Origin: a virus
Taxonomy: Duplodnaviria; Heunggongvirae; Uroviricota; Caudoviricetes
IMG/VR virus record: IMGVR_UViG_2880395615_000010
Strand: one strand, 5' to 3'
Length of the DNA stretch: 64,000 nucleotides
Below the pieces are notes generated by a model. The model was not told the origin of the DNA. It did not search any database and worked only from the letters and a program-made list of their open reading frames with translations. Shown in pieces: positions 11,190 to 21,926 of this stretch (position 1 is the first letter of the stretch; each line of letters opens with the position of its first letter). The position numbers were made by a program, and so were the translations under genes.

Positions 11190-13786
11190 CGTCCACCTCC
11201 GGAGAACAGACCACCATCGCGCATCTGTGCCTGAATTTCATCACGGGCACCCTTGCGGGCCATGTCATACACCGCCTTCAGCATCTGTGGACCTGGCAGA
11301 CCATTCGTACCGTCGTTCTGAATCACCACGTTGTTGTTCTGCTCAAATCTGATACCCTCTGAACGCCGCATTTGCGCCGGACTTCCGGTGCCACCGACAT
11401 AACCACCGGTGGCATAGCCGCGCATCAGCCGGTAGAGATTCCCCACGCCAATCCGGCTGGTTGCCTCCTTCGTGAAGACAAATTCACCACGGTGAACAAT
11501 CCCCGCTGGCTCATATTTGCCGCCGGTTCCCGTAAATCCTCCGGTTGCAAAATGGAATTTCGCCGCAGCGGCCTGAATGGCTGTACCGCCTGACGCGGAT
11601 GCGCCGCTACCAACAGCCCCGCCAATGGCGCTGCCGATACTCCCGACAATCCCCACCATTGCCTGCTTAAGCAGAATTTCTGTCATCATGGACAGCACGG
11701 AACGGGTGAAGCTGCGCCAGTTCTGCTCACTGCCGGTCAGCATCGCCGCCATATTCTGTGCAATACCATCAAAGGTCTGCGTGGCTGCACTTTTTACCTG
11801 CGACATACTGTCCGTGGCACTCTCTTCCCACTCACTCCAGCCGGACTTCAGGCCTGCCATCCAGCTCCCGCGAAGCTGGTCTTCAGCCGCCCAGGTCTTT
11901 TTCTGCTCTGACATGACGTTATTCAGCGCCAGCGGATTATCGCCATACTGTTCCTTCAGGCGCTGTTCCGTGGCTTCCCGTTCTGCCTGCCGGTCAGTCA
12001 GCCCCCGGCTTTTCGCATCAATGGCGGCCCGTTTTGCCCGTTGCTGCTGTGCGAATTTATCCGCCTGCTGCGCCAGCGCGTTCAGGCGCTCCTGATACGT
12101 AACCTTGTCGCCAAGTGCAGCCAGCTGACGTTTGTACTCCAGCGTCTCTTTTTCATGAGCAAGAAGAGATTTTTCCTCGATACTTAGCGATTTCTTCTGT
12201 CCATCCAGAACGTCAGCAGACAACTTCTCATGCAACACGGCATACTGGCTTTCGGCTGTCCACAAATCCCGGCGCTGCTGGCTGATTTTTTCATTCGCTC
12301 CGCTATGCTGCTCAAGCATTTTTAGTTCAGCTTGTAACGCAAGAAGAGCTGCATGTGCTCGATCTTCCTGACGCTCTCCCGCAGACACCTTCACGCCGGA
12401 CTGCTTCGGCTTTTTCAGCGTTGCTTCATAGTCCTTTTTCGCCGCCGCCATCAGCGTGTTGTAATCTGCCTGCAGGATTTTCCCGTCTTTCAGTGCCTTA
12501 TTCAGTTCTTCCTGACGGGCGGTATATTTCTCCAGCGGCGTCTGCAGGCGTTCGTAAGCCTTCTGCGCCTCTTCGGTATATTTCAGCCGTGATGCCTCAG
12601 ACTCGGCCAAGTCCTTTGCTGCCATCTCTCTGGCCTTTTCAAGATCGGCCTGCAACGTGGCGGCTGAAAGCCCAAGTTGCGCATTCGCTCTGTCCTCCCA
12701 TGCTCCCCGGAGATTGGCAAGAAATGCTGACGTTTTACCGCGTCGGTGGCTTCGGCTCTGATACCACTGCCATTTTTTATCCGCTTCATCAAAAGCCTTT
12801 TCAGCTTTGGCGAGCATATCAGCAGAGGAGTCCGGGCGGCCAATATCCAGCACCGCATCCCACATGGATTTGAATGCCTGTGCAGTCTTGTCTGCCCAGG
12901 TCTCCAGCGTGCCCATGTTCTCTTTCAGGCGGCGGGTCTGGTCATCAAACCCTTTCGTTGCGGCCTCGTTCGCTGCCTGCAATGCCCCGGCCTCATCGCC
13001 GGAACGCTGCAACTGAGCAACATACGCAATCTGCTCTGCCGTCACGTTACGGAACTGGCGCGCCATCGCCATCAGTCCCGACGTCGGATCAGTGGTCAGC
13101 TTCCCGAAGGCTTCAGCGACTTTATCCACCTCCACACCGGATGCAGACGCAAAACGCGCAACACTCTGGTTGATCGCATCAAACTGTTCACCACCACGCA
13201 CACCGGCATTCACCAGGGCTGCCAGTGACTCACTCGCCTGGTTAAACGTCAGCCCTGCGGCCTGTCCGGCTCTGGAGAGCGTCAACATGCGATCGGCAGT
13301 CAGTCCGGACTGATTACCGGAAAGAACCAGGGTTTTATTAAACGCTGAAAGCGTGGAATCCCCCTGGTACCAGGCGTACGCCAGCGCACCTGTCGCCACC
13401 GCCAGCGAGGTGACCCCGACCATCGGCAGGGTGATCGCACCGGCAAGCCCCCTGAGCATGGGGATCATCCCGCCGAAGGAGTCCTTCACCTGACCGCCCT
13501 GTTGCAGCAGGATCAGCCAGGGATTCTGACCACCGGCAAGCTGCGTGGCGATATCCGTAAACTGTGCGGGCAGGGTGCGCATGGCCGCTTTATACTGTCC
13601 GACGGAAATCCCCGCTTTTTGCGCAGCCAGCGCCTGACGGCTCAGGCCCTGTTCAACAGCAGTGGCAGTTTTTCTGGCGTCAGTATCCAGTCCTGAAAAA
13701 TGACGCCTTACCCGGCTCATCTGCTCATCGAAACGGACCGCATCCAGACTCAGGTCAATAATAAGATCACCAACCGGCTGGGACAT
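11186..13786 (-). CDS. H: Tail tape measure protein H, 866 aa
   Basis: Long Ala/Gln-rich coiled-coil protein at the tape-measure position. Confidence 0.9.
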   Translation of the reverse strand: MSQPVGDLIIDLSLDAVRFDEQMSRVRRHFSGLDTDARKTATAVEQGLSRQALAAQKAGISVGQYKAAMRTLPAQFTDIATQLAGGQNPWLILLQQGGQVKDSFGGMIPMLRGLAGAITLPMVGVTSLAVATGALAYAWYQGDSTLSAFNKTLVLSGNQSGLTADRMLTLSRAGQAAGLTFNQASESLAALVNAGVRGGEQFDAINQSVARFASASGVEVDKVAEAFGKLTTDPTSGLMAMARQFRNVTAEQIAYVAQLQRSGDEAGALQAANEAATKGFDDQTRRLKENMGTLETWADKTAQAFKSMWDAVLDIGRPDSSADMLAKAEKAFDEADKKWQWYQSRSHRRGKTSAFLANLRGAWEDRANAQLGLSAATLQADLEKAREMAAKDLAESEASRLKYTEEAQKAYERLQTPLEKYTARQEELNKALKDGKILQADYNTLMAAAKKDYEATLKKPKQSGVKVSAGERQEDRAHAALLALQAELKMLEQHSGANEKISQQRRDLWTAESQYAVLHEKLSADVLDGQKKSLSIEEKSLLAHEKETLEYKRQLAALGDKVTYQERLNALAQQADKFAQQQRAKRAAIDAKSRGLTDRQAEREATEQRLKEQYGDNPLALNNVMSEQKKTWAAEDQLRGSWMAGLKSGWSEWEESATDSMSQVKSAATQTFDGIAQNMAAMLTGSEQNWRSFTRSVLSMMTEILLKQAMVGIVGSIGSAIGGAVGSGASASGGTAIQAAAAKFHFATGGFTGTGGKYEPAGIVHRGEFVFTKEATSRIGVGNLYRLMRGYATGGYVGGTGSPAQMRRSEGIRFEQNNNVVIQNDGTNGLPGPQMLKAVYDMARKGARDEIQAQMRDGGLFSGGGR

Positions 13787-14180
13787 ATCTCACACCTCCT
13801 GGAATCCCCGCTGAAGCCATCATTAATGCGGCATCATCCACCATGACATCCGCCACATCCGCAGACGATAAAATATCGCCCCCTCCGTCCCCACCGAACC
13901 GGACGCCTCCGGCAAGTCCTGCCGCTTTCTGCATCAGCATTTTGTCCTCATCCAGCCTCTCCACCTGCTCTTCCTCATGCCGGGGGACAAGCAGACTGAA
14001 ATCAGAGGGATGCATATCCGGATCGCAAAAAAACAGGCTGAGTACAGCGTACATCAGCCCGGAAAAATGCATATCCAGTTGGGTATCCTGAAAATAATGC
14101 GTGCGGTAAAAATGTCGCCAGTCGGCATATTCGGTGGATGTCATCCCGGCAAGCATGGCGCGCCAGTCAGGCCTCCCCAT
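13767..14180 (-). CDS. T: Tail assembly chaperone T frame, expressed as a G-T fusion by -1 frameshift
   Basis: ORF in the -1 frame relative to G, starting just downstream of a GGGAAAG heptamer. Confidence 0.7.
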   Translation of the reverse strand: MGRPDWRAMLAGMTSTEYADWRHFYRTHYFQDTQLDMHFSGLMYAVLSLFFCDPDMHPSDFSLLVPRHEEEQVERLDEDKMLMQKAAGLAGGVRFGGDGGGDILSSADVADVMVDDAALMMASAGIPGGVRYVPAGW

Positions 14181-14206
14181 CTCTCGCGCCAGTCTGAGGG
14201 CAAAAT

Positions 14207-14638
14207 TCAGCTCGCCGTCGAAGACTTTCCCGCAGAAAAATCATCATCAGTAAGCGCGTTATTTTTCGCCACTTCGGTGATATCCGTATCCACATGAACA
14301 GCCCCGCTCATCCCGGACAGACGCAACACCACGTCTTCCGCCCGGGCAATGGCATCAGCAGGCCAGGTGGTGAGCACCTCCTGTTCGATCTGCATCACAG
14401 CCTCATTCATTGATGGTGACTCCGTTTTCTGTGGATGGTTATGCCACAGGGACATCGCCACCAGAAACGCGCCGGTTCTGACAAGGTCTTCCACGCTCAC
14501 CTGCAGGTTACCGCTGGCTTCAGCCTGTTCTGCCCGTCGTTTCAGCAGGGCAAGATGCTCGATACGCTGCAGCGCAGACAGCTCGGAAAGCGTGACGGAC
14601 ACACCGTTATATTCAAATTGTTCGGTTTTCAGAAACAT
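14207..14638 (-). CDS. G: Tail assembly chaperone G, 143 aa
   Basis: Lambda G-like size and position upstream of T. Confidence 0.8.
   Translation of the reverse strand: MFLKTEQFEYNGVSVTLSELSALQRIEHLALLKRRAEQAEASGNLQVSVEDLVRTGAFLVAMSLWHNHPQKTESPSMNEAVMQIEQEVLTTWPADAIARAEDVVLRLSGMSGAVHVDTDITEVAKNNALTDDDFSAGKSSTAS
14224..14230 (-). promoter_or_regulatory. Programmed -1 ribosomal frameshift slippery heptamer GGGAAAG (G to G-T)
   Basis: Plus-strand ctttccc, reverse complement gggaaag, at the 3' end of G. Confidence 0.55.
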
Positions 14639-14651
14639 GTATTACCTCCGT

Positions 14652-15404
14652 TTACCCTGCAGCGCCCGCTTCAGTAACGGTGACTTCAGCTACCGTGGCA
14701 AACTGACCATTACCGGAAATCACGGGGATACTCACTTTTCCAGCCTTAACCCCCGTCACAGTGATCGCCATATCTTTCACAGCAATGGTTCCCGTTGACG
14801 GATCGGCGGAAACCGCTCTGAACGTTTTGTCGGTTGCACTTTCCGGCTCAAAAGAAACCGTCAGGGTTGTTGTTTTCCCTTTTGCCACCGTACCAGATGT
14901 CGGCGTCACCTTAATCGCAGTGACCGGCGTAATTTCGCTGCGTTCTTCCGCCACAGAAGGTTTACCCACGTTGGTCACTTTCACCGTACGGGTGATCACT
15001 TCCTTCGCCGTTACGGCCTTACCGATACTGCTGACCCAGCCACGGAACACATCCACCGTGCCGTTCGGGAAACGGATTTTATAGGCCCGCACATCCCCGC
15101 TTTCAAACCAGCCTATAAGCCCTTTCTGACCTTCTTCTCCCGGTTTCCAGGCCAGCGTAAAACTGGTATCTCCTGCAGACTTCTGCCCCTGCCCGGTCGC
15201 AGTCCAGTCCGCGTCTTCATCATCCAGGTAGTTATCATCGTAGGGTTCTGCCGTCATCTCGCCCGGCGTCAGATCCTTTACCTGTGCCAGTCGCTGCCAG
15301 TTATCGTCTGACAACGGGTTTGCATAGGCATCACCCTGACCGTTATAAACCCACAGGGTGGTACCGGCACCTTTTACCGGTGCCAGAGGATTTGGTGTTG
15401 GCAT
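14652..15404 (-). CDS. V: Major tail protein V, 250 aa
   Basis: Lambda V-like size and position. Confidence 0.85.
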   Translation of the reverse strand: MPTPNPLAPVKGAGTTLWVYNGQGDAYANPLSDDNWQRLAQVKDLTPGEMTAEPYDDNYLDDEDADWTATGQGQKSAGDTSFTLAWKPGEEGQKGLIGWFESGDVRAYKIRFPNGTVDVFRGWVSSIGKAVTAKEVITRTVKVTNVGKPSVAEERSEITPVTAIKVTPTSGTVAKGKTTTLTVSFEPESATDKTFRAVSADPSTGTIAVKDMAITVTGVKAGKVSIPVISGNGQFATVAEVTVTEAGAAG

Positions 15405-15411
15405 ATCGTCC

Positions 15412-15807
15412 TCACATCTCGTATGTAATGGAATAAGTCAAATCAGCAGAACTCCATAACGCCATATCGTCATCACGACGATACTCATAGCCCTGCGTAA
15501 CCATCGTGGTAATCAGGCCTGACAGTGCCGGGATCGCACTCATCGCCGGATAAATCCGGCTTTCCATCCACGAATCCAGCTCTGAATCCGGCACCTGAGC
15601 AGGCAGGAAAACTTCAATATGCAGCTCCGCCTGCCAGGTATCGCTGTCCAGCGCTTCGCCCGTGTATTCAGCGCCGGTGAGATAAACAGCAATTGCCGGA
15701 AAATCCGCCTCATCAAAAACAGCGGGGCGACCGTCAAACAGCGTCGCCCCGTGTTCATGCTGCTCGAGTGCATCCAGCACTGCAGCACGGATATCAGTAT
15801 GTTTCAT
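15412..15807 (-). CDS. U: Tail terminator protein U, 131 aa
   Basis: Lambda U-like size and position. Confidence 0.85.
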   Translation of the reverse strand: MKHTDIRAAVLDALEQHEHGATLFDGRPAVFDEADFPAIAVYLTGAEYTGEALDSDTWQAELHIEVFLPAQVPDSELDSWMESRIYPAMSAIPALSGLITTMVTQGYEYRRDDDMALWSSADLTYSITYEM

Positions 15808-16379
15808 CGCTTTATCACAATCCTTAGTTGTTGTTTCAACGCATAGCCCAGTTCTTTTGGCAGACGTTCTCGCCGGATACGGTTAACGTTCTCATCAAAA
15901 GCCTGCTTCAGTGGGGCCGCCATCGGAATTTTAACCACCTGAATGGGAAGACGATTACGCTTTTTCCTTCCTTTATCGTCATTGCCCTTCGCATACCGGG
16001 CTTCTGGCAAACGTTGCATAACATGCCAGCGCCCATTATTTAATCGCTGGATGAATGCCCGCTGATAACGATGCTGACCGGCTTTAAGTATGCTGTTCGG
16101 ACGATGACCAAGCATCCTGATCCCCAGCTTAATAGCAGGGAGATCACCGCGGTTAACGATAATTCTGGCATTCGGATTTCTGACCGTGGCCCGTTTCAGT
16201 CTGGACCGTTCCTTTACCAGTTTCCGGCTCACCCTGGTCTCCCGGGCAACCTGTGATGAAGACTGATTAATCGCCGTTGTAGCCACGCGGTTAATAGCCA
16301 TTGCTGAAGCCGACGGAATGGCGTTTTTACGAACCCGGCTCAGATTTTCAATCGCCTGATCAAGCCCTTTTATCGCCAT
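15804..16379 (-). CDS. Z: Tail completion protein Z, 191 aa
   Basis: Lambda Z-like size and position. Confidence 0.85.
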   Translation of the reverse strand: MAIKGLDQAIENLSRVRKNAIPSASAMAINRVATTAINQSSSQVARETRVSRKLVKERSRLKRATVRNPNARIIVNRGDLPAIKLGIRMLGHRPNSILKAGQHRYQRAFIQRLNNGRWHVMQRLPEARYAKGNDDKGRKKRNRLPIQVVKIPMAAPLKQAFDENVNRIRRERLPKELGYALKQQLRIVIKR

Positions 16380-16393
16380 AATTCACCCTGCGT

Positions 16394-16747
16394 TTATCGT
16401 CGCCGGTTAACTGCGGGTGGTTGCCCACGGTTCAGCCAGAGATAACAACTGCCCCCGTCATCCGGAGAAACACGATCCACCCAGAACGTCTCACCATTAA
16501 TGGTCAACGTGTCACCACGCCGCACGGCACGAACCGTATCCGTCCGCACAAATAATGACGGGCTGCTTCCTTCAATACGGATCCCACTACTGGCAAAACC
16601 CAGCGACTCCGGATCGTCAAAAACCCCCTGAACTTCGCCGCCACGCTGTGCACCGGAGGTGAACTGCGCACTGATGCCCATCACTTCAACAATCGTACTG
16701 TCCACCCCGGCAAGGGCGGCATCAAAGGCATTCTGAAAATCACGCAT
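16394..16747 (-). CDS. FII: Head-tail connector protein FII, about 117 aa
   Basis: Lambda FII-like; likely start at MRDFQNAFDAALAG as in copy B. Confidence 0.75.
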   Translation of the reverse strand: MRDFQNAFDAALAGVDSTIVEVMGISAQFTSGAQRGGEVQGVFDDPESLGFASSGIRIEGSSPSLFVRTDTVRAVRRGDTLTINGETFWVDRVSPDDGGSCYLWLNRGQPPAVNRRR

Positions 16748-17162
16748 AAACAGCCATTCCACCATCAACGTGTGTTTTTGCATCTGAGGACATAATCAGA
16801 ATCACCCGACCAACATCCGCAAGCTCAACGGATTCCCCCGTTTCACCATCAACGCCACAGAGATGGAGGCAGGTCAGAACTCTGATGCGCGTTAACGCGC
16901 CGGATGTTTCCTCACGAACATCATGAGCCGCGTTTTCCCTCTCCCGGATATCCATATTCATAACCTGTACATCATCGCCGGATGACTGCATTTCCTCTTC
17001 CCATTCTGCCACCCGCTGCGCTATCTCTGCGGCACTCCCGGATATATCCGGCTCACGCCCCAGAATCAGGGCCAGTTCATCAAGCCGTTTCAGATTTTGC
17101 TCTTTCGTTGCCATATCATCCCCCTGTGAAAAAAGACACGGGGGCATTTCGCCCCCGCTCAC
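16740..17162 (-). CDS. FI: DNA packaging protein FI-like, 140 aa
   Basis: Position between E and FII; C-terminal half differs from copy B. Confidence 0.6.
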   Translation of the reverse strand: MSGGEMPPCLFSQGDDMATKEQNLKRLDELALILGREPDISGSAAEIAQRVAEWEEEMQSSGDDVQVMNMDIRERENAAHDVREETSGALTRIRVLTCLHLCGVDGETGESVELADVGRVILIMSSDAKTHVDGGMAVYA

Positions 17163-17165
17163 GGA

Positions 17166-18194
17166 TTATTTCACCTGTACCACCACAAACTCATCCGGGT
17201 CCGGCAACACCATCAGCGGCGCGGACTGCGTCATGGTAAATTCACGGGCGGGATCCCCTACCGTCAGCCAGTGTTTCGGATAACGGGAAGAGGCCACCAC
17301 ACCTTCGGACAACGCCTGCGCATCCTGAATGGCACCATAGCAACGAATGCCCTCTGCTGCCGTATTCCCCAGGACCAGCGAGCCCTCAGGCAGATAACGT
17401 TTTTCGGTACCGTCCTCTGCCACATAAGACGTTTTTGCCACCACAATGGCCAGATCGCCGTAATACCCTTTGAAGGACACCACCGCGCCCAGGTCTTTCA
17501 CCGCTGTTTCGAGTTGCGAATTAGAGCCGCGACGGGTATCCAGTTTTTCGCGGAACAATTTAAAGCCATTCAGCAGACGCCAGACGGTACCGTCCATAAT
17601 GGCAATATTCACAAGACCGCTGGCCTGGTCGCAGTAGAGGTCAAGATCATGTGTAGGATCGAACGTGTCACGATCCTGTTTTGACCACTCCTTACCACTA
17701 CCCTGAGTGATGTTATTCTTCGTCGACCTGCCAAAATCGACCTCAATTTTCTCGAACTGGTCTCCTTCCATCGTGTATTTGCCATACAGCACGGCATTCA
17801 CCGCCTGCATTTCTTCCACCTGGACAATGGCGTGCTCTTCCTGTTTGAGGTTATCAGTGATGATACGCAGACGACGGTAGGCCGGGTCGTTCAGCTGAGC
17901 CGGATCTTCACCGGGAAGACGCTCAACCGCCTGCTGGTAATTAAATTCGTGTTTCGGCTTGACGTAGCCCGGACGTAACACGCGGGTTTCACCACCACGA
18001 TGACGCAGCACTTTTCCTTCAACAACCGGGGAGACATAGGCCGCCACCGGCGTTTTTCCGGTAATTTTGTCCAGCATCACCTCTTCGGTATGGAAATTCA
18101 CCGTACGGCGGAAAAACAGCTCCAGAAACAGCGCACGAAATTTCACTTTTTGTTCGGTATAACCGAGTAACTGGCGGGTCGTAAACAATCCCAT
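17166..18194 (-). CDS. E: Major capsid protein E, 342 aa
   Basis: Strong resemblance to lambda E from memory (GYVKPKHE..., ...DPAREFTM.QSAPLM...). Confidence 0.9.
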   Translation of the reverse strand: MGLFTTRQLLGYTEQKVKFRALFLELFFRRTVNFHTEEVMLDKITGKTPVAAYVSPVVEGKVLRHRGGETRVLRPGYVKPKHEFNYQQAVERLPGEDPAQLNDPAYRRLRIITDNLKQEEHAIVQVEEMQAVNAVLYGKYTMEGDQFEKIEVDFGRSTKNNITQGSGKEWSKQDRDTFDPTHDLDLYCDQASGLVNIAIMDGTVWRLLNGFKLFREKLDTRRGSNSQLETAVKDLGAVVSFKGYYGDLAIVVAKTSYVAEDGTEKRYLPEGSLVLGNTAAEGIRCYGAIQDAQALSEGVVASSRYPKHWLTVGDPAREFTMTQSAPLMVLPDPDEFVVVQVK

Positions 18195-18251
18195 AAATCA
18201 GTTCCTTTCATTCAGAAATCAGTCAGGCCACCGCGGTGGCCTGATAACGTG

Positions 18252-18599
18252 TTACGGCAGCGCCGCGTGACTCAGGGCACTGCCGGCAAAGGCATTTGCC
18301 TTTTTGTGTTCATCCACACTGTCAGGCCAGCGGATTGCCTCCGTCGCAAAGGTCCCCGACTTGTAATACGTCAGTACCGTCTCTGTGCCTTCAAGCGGCA
18401 GTACCAGTATGCCAACCGCACTACCGGCTTTCTGTCCGTCCCAGACCACCAGTTTCCCGGTAGCTTCATCCAGCATCAGGGGCGTCAGTGCCGGTGTTGC
18501 CGAGGAAATCCCGCTGCTGCCTGTGGCGGTATGAGCCGGATCATTACCGGCAAAAATACGTACTTCCGCACGCTGTTCAGTGATGGTTTTCGTTACCAT
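18252..18599 (-). CDS. D: Head decoration protein D, 115 aa
   Basis: PAHTAT...TPLMLD...YKSGTF...AFAG motifs as in lambda D. Confidence 0.85.
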   Translation of the reverse strand: MVTKTITEQRAEVRIFAGNDPAHTATGSSGISSATPALTPLMLDEATGKLVVWDGQKAGSAVGILVLPLEGTETVLTYYKSGTFATEAIRWPDSVDEHKKANAFAGSALSHAALP

Positions 18600-18635
18600 A
18601 TTGTAAAAACCTCCTGTTGATGATCAGCACTGACT

Positions 18636-20141
18636 TCATGGCATGGCCATGAGCATTTTCACGTCCGCATCACCGTCTGCTGACGTCTGTGGCACGCCAC
18701 CCTGTACCGCTGCCGGTGAATGGTTCGCCATGATGCGTTCAAACAGGGCGGTTGTGGATGCAGAGACCGGTTCTGCCTTACCTGATCTCGCAGCCAGCAC
18801 AGCCCGGGCGCTCTCCACAGTCATTCCCGGGCAGGCAGCCAGCTGTTCAGCCTGCGCCTCATCCCCTTTTGCCTCATCCAGTGCCATGATCTGATCACGG
18901 AGTGAGGGTCCGGCATCCGCCTGCGGTGAAGCAGCCAGGATCGGGCGGGCTTTTTCCACCGTCATCTCCGGCATCGCCGCCAGCGTTGCCGCCAGTTGTT
19001 CACGACCGTTCGCTTCTTCACACGCCATAATGCGATCGGCTTCACTCTGCGTGGATGCCACCGGCTGCTGCGGTGCCGCCGCGGCCAGAATCGCCCGGGC
19101 CTGTGCAACGCTCATGCCCTGTTGTCCTGCCAGCATCGTGGCAAGCTGTTCACGTCCTTTCGCTTCCTGGCATGTCAGGATCCCCATCACTCGCTGGTTC
19201 TCCTGCGCGGCGGCTTCCGTTGCAGTTAATTGCGGCATAGTGCCTCCTCTGACATTACTGTTCAGCGCCGTGGCCATCACACTGATGGCATCCGACGCAT
19301 TGACTAATTCATCCGCCAGCCCGGCCTCAATGCCGGACTGACCTTCAAAAACGGCGGCCTCTGTTCCCGTGACAGCATCAACAGACAGACCGGTATACAT
19401 CGCCACTTTTTCAGCAAACATCCGGCGCGCCGCATCAATGCGCTGTTGCATGTCCTGGCGAACCTCTGCCGGCAACGCTTCAAACTGATTGCCATCCACC
19501 TTGTGCGCCCCTGAGTAAATCAGCGTGATATCAACACCGGCCTGCGCCAGATGACCGGCATAGCTGACATGGCTCATCATCACGCCAATGGAGCCGATAC
19601 GGGATGTCTGGGTAACCAGCCGTCGGGAGCAGGCCGACGCCAGCAGCATGGCTGCAGAGCAGGCCGTGTCATTGCACAGTGCCCAGACCGGCTTCTGCTG
19701 ACGGAGGCGGTAAATCATGTCAGCGCAGTCAAACGCGCCGGCGGCCTGCCCGCCCGGACTGTCAATGTCCAGCAGTACGCCCCGCACCTGGCTATCCGCC
19801 ATTGCCTGCTGAAGACAGGCGACAATGCCGTCATAGCCTGTCATTCCGGAAAATGGCCGCATACCCCCCAGCCGGTGCACCAGCGTGCCGGTCACCGGCA
19901 GTACAGCAATACCGTTCACCACCCGGTAAACACGGGCCGGTCGTTTACCTCCGGCCATGTACTCGTCCGTTTCAGCCAGCATTCCGGGAGCATCAAACTG
20001 TACCTGCTGTTGTGGTACCGAAAGACTTGATGCCCCCATCTCGCGCCCGAGCGCGCAAAAGAAAACCCGCGCATAGGCGGGCTCCAGAAGCAGCGGTTCA
20101 TTGAATGCTGCGGCAATAATGTGTGAAAGATTACGTCTCAC
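18636..20141 (-). CDS. C: Head maturation protease/scaffold C (with nested Nu3-like scaffold region), 501 aa
   Basis: Lambda C position between B and D; repeated Ala-rich scaffold-like C-terminal segments. Confidence 0.8.
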   Translation of the reverse strand: MRRNLSHIIAAAFNEPLLLEPAYARVFFCALGREMGASSLSVPQQQVQFDAPGMLAETDEYMAGGKRPARVYRVVNGIAVLPVTGTLVHRLGGMRPFSGMTGYDGIVACLQQAMADSQVRGVLLDIDSPGGQAAGAFDCADMIYRLRQQKPVWALCNDTACSAAMLLASACSRRLVTQTSRIGSIGVMMSHVSYAGHLAQAGVDITLIYSGAHKVDGNQFEALPAEVRQDMQQRIDAARRMFAEKVAMYTGLSVDAVTGTEAAVFEGQSGIEAGLADELVNASDAISVMATALNSNVRGGTMPQLTATEAAAQENQRVMGILTCQEAKGREQLATMLAGQQGMSVAQARAILAAAAPQQPVASTQSEADRIMACEEANGREQLAATLAAMPEMTVEKARPILAASPQADAGPSLRDQIMALDEAKGDEAQAEQLAACPGMTVESARAVLAARSGKAEPVSASTTALFERIMANHSPAAVQGGVPQTSADGDADVKMLMAMP

Positions 20142-21723
20142 GTGGTGTTGTCTCCTCTTCCGGCCTGCGACTCTCCGCTATCTGCTGCTCATACGCCTGC
20201 GCTATCCACACCGGACGTGAGAGTCCGGCTTTTTGTCGCTCAGCAGATTCCCTGACCTGCTGGCGGAAAATGTCCTGATAATCCTCGCCCATCAGCGCCA
20301 GCTCTTTCTCATACGTGCTCAGTCCGGCCTCAATGCGCATCACTGATTCCTGGACTTCCTTGAGCCCGTCAATGGCCATTCTTCCGGCTCCAATCCACTC
20401 AGCCCGTGACCAGGCTGATCGCGCCTGATAAAAATCAAAACGCGCCCGTGGCGGACGAATAATCCCCCGAAGAAGTGCCTCTTCCAGCCAGCAGGAAAAC
20501 ATCTGCGTGGCCAGCCGGGACGCAATAAATTTTCGTCGTCCCATAAAATAGCGCCACGACTCATTGGCGGAGGCGCGGGCACTTGAATAACTGACCTTCG
20601 AGTAATCCCGGGACAACTGTTCGTAGGAAACGCCAAGACCGGCGGCGATATACCGCAGCAGCGCCTGTTCAAGCGCCGAAAATCCATTGTCTGAATCCTG
20701 CGCAGTCTGCAGTTTCAGATCATCACCGGGGAAAAGGTGCGGAATTTTGACACCGCCCAGCGTCACGTTATTCGTGTCATACCAGCTGGAGAACTTCTCC
20801 AGAATATTAATAAGCGGATTATCCTTCTGCCCCTGCGGCGCACCGGCGATATATTCAAAGGCCTTTTCGGTATCAAGTTCACTTTCAATCGTCGCTGCAT
20901 ACATGGCTTTCACAATGGCCGACTGAAGCTGTGTTGCCTGCAGGGAATCCAGCATCTTCAGCCGTTCCATGACGCTGTAAAACTGATTAGCCCCACGGGT
21001 CTGCCCGTCCTCCACCGGCTCGAAAATATGCAGCATGGCCGGACGCCCGGTGGGTAGTTCACGCGGGATCCGTTCCCATCGTCCACTACCAGAGAACGGA
21101 AAATCATCCTCACAGATATGGTACGCAACGGCACGGCCATATCGATCGACCTCCACCCCGGCCCGCAGAAAACGGTTCCCCATACCGTGTCCTGGCGTGT
21201 CCACCCGTTTCGGACTCACGGCTTTAAAACGCGTACGAAACAGTTGCGTGCTCTCCGTATCCCAGACCGGCTGCACAAAGATTTCGCCGTTAAACGCATG
21301 AACGCCCACACCTTCACGGATAAATTCCGTAAACGTGCGTTTCCCTTCCACGTCGATCTCGCCAGACATCCCTTCGGCGTATTCCGACCAGGCCGCCTCC
21401 ACCTCATCGACAAAACTTTTTGCTGCAGTCTCCCGCATCCCCAGCCAGCGCCAGTTCGGACGGTAGCTGATCAGAAACATATGCCCGACAATATGATCCT
21501 TATGCAGTGCCACCGCATTGGCCGCTATCCCGTTATTGCGCACCAGATCATCTGCCCGGGCATTGCCCAGACGCAACGCGGGCAACAGGGCCGCATCGGC
21601 ACTCTGCGCCGGTGGCAACCACTCCGCCATTTGCCCGCCAAATCCTGCACCGCCCCCGTTGTAGCTGAGGCTCTCCCGAAGCGGAACACCGTTCACATCA
21701 ATCAGGACAGGCGTTCGTTTCAT
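20131..21723 (-). CDS. B: Portal protein B, 530 aa
   Basis: Lambda B-like size and position. Confidence 0.9.
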   Translation of the reverse strand: MKRTPVLIDVNGVPLRESLSYNGGGAGFGGQMAEWLPPAQSADAALLPALRLGNARADDLVRNNGIAANAVALHKDHIVGHMFLISYRPNWRWLGMRETAAKSFVDEVEAAWSEYAEGMSGEIDVEGKRTFTEFIREGVGVHAFNGEIFVQPVWDTESTQLFRTRFKAVSPKRVDTPGHGMGNRFLRAGVEVDRYGRAVAYHICEDDFPFSGSGRWERIPRELPTGRPAMLHIFEPVEDGQTRGANQFYSVMERLKMLDSLQATQLQSAIVKAMYAATIESELDTEKAFEYIAGAPQGQKDNPLINILEKFSSWYDTNNVTLGGVKIPHLFPGDDLKLQTAQDSDNGFSALEQALLRYIAAGLGVSYEQLSRDYSKVSYSSARASANESWRYFMGRRKFIASRLATQMFSCWLEEALLRGIIRPPRARFDFYQARSAWSRAEWIGAGRMAIDGLKEVQESVMRIEAGLSTYEKELALMGEDYQDIFRQQVRESAERQKAGLSRPVWIAQAYEQQIAESRRPEEETTPRET

Positions 21724-21926
21724 AACCTCACTCCCAGCGGACGACGGCGGCGGCTTGTTGTCCCCAGCACTGACTCCGCATCATTGATCGCCCGGTTAAG
21801 ATCATCCAGAGAGGCCGCCGTATATTCAATTCTTCGTCCATCTTTCTGGACAGACACCACCCGTTTACCGGTTAATAAATCAAGGCGCGCCTGACGCAGC
21901 GCCTGCAGTTCAGCGACTGTAACCAT
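21720..21926 (-). CDS. W: Head-tail joining protein W, 68 aa
   Basis: Lambda W-like size and position. Confidence 0.75.
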   Translation of the reverse strand: MVTVAELQALRQARLDLLTGKRVVSVQKDGRRIEYTAASLDDLNRAINDAESVLGTTSRRRRPLGVRL

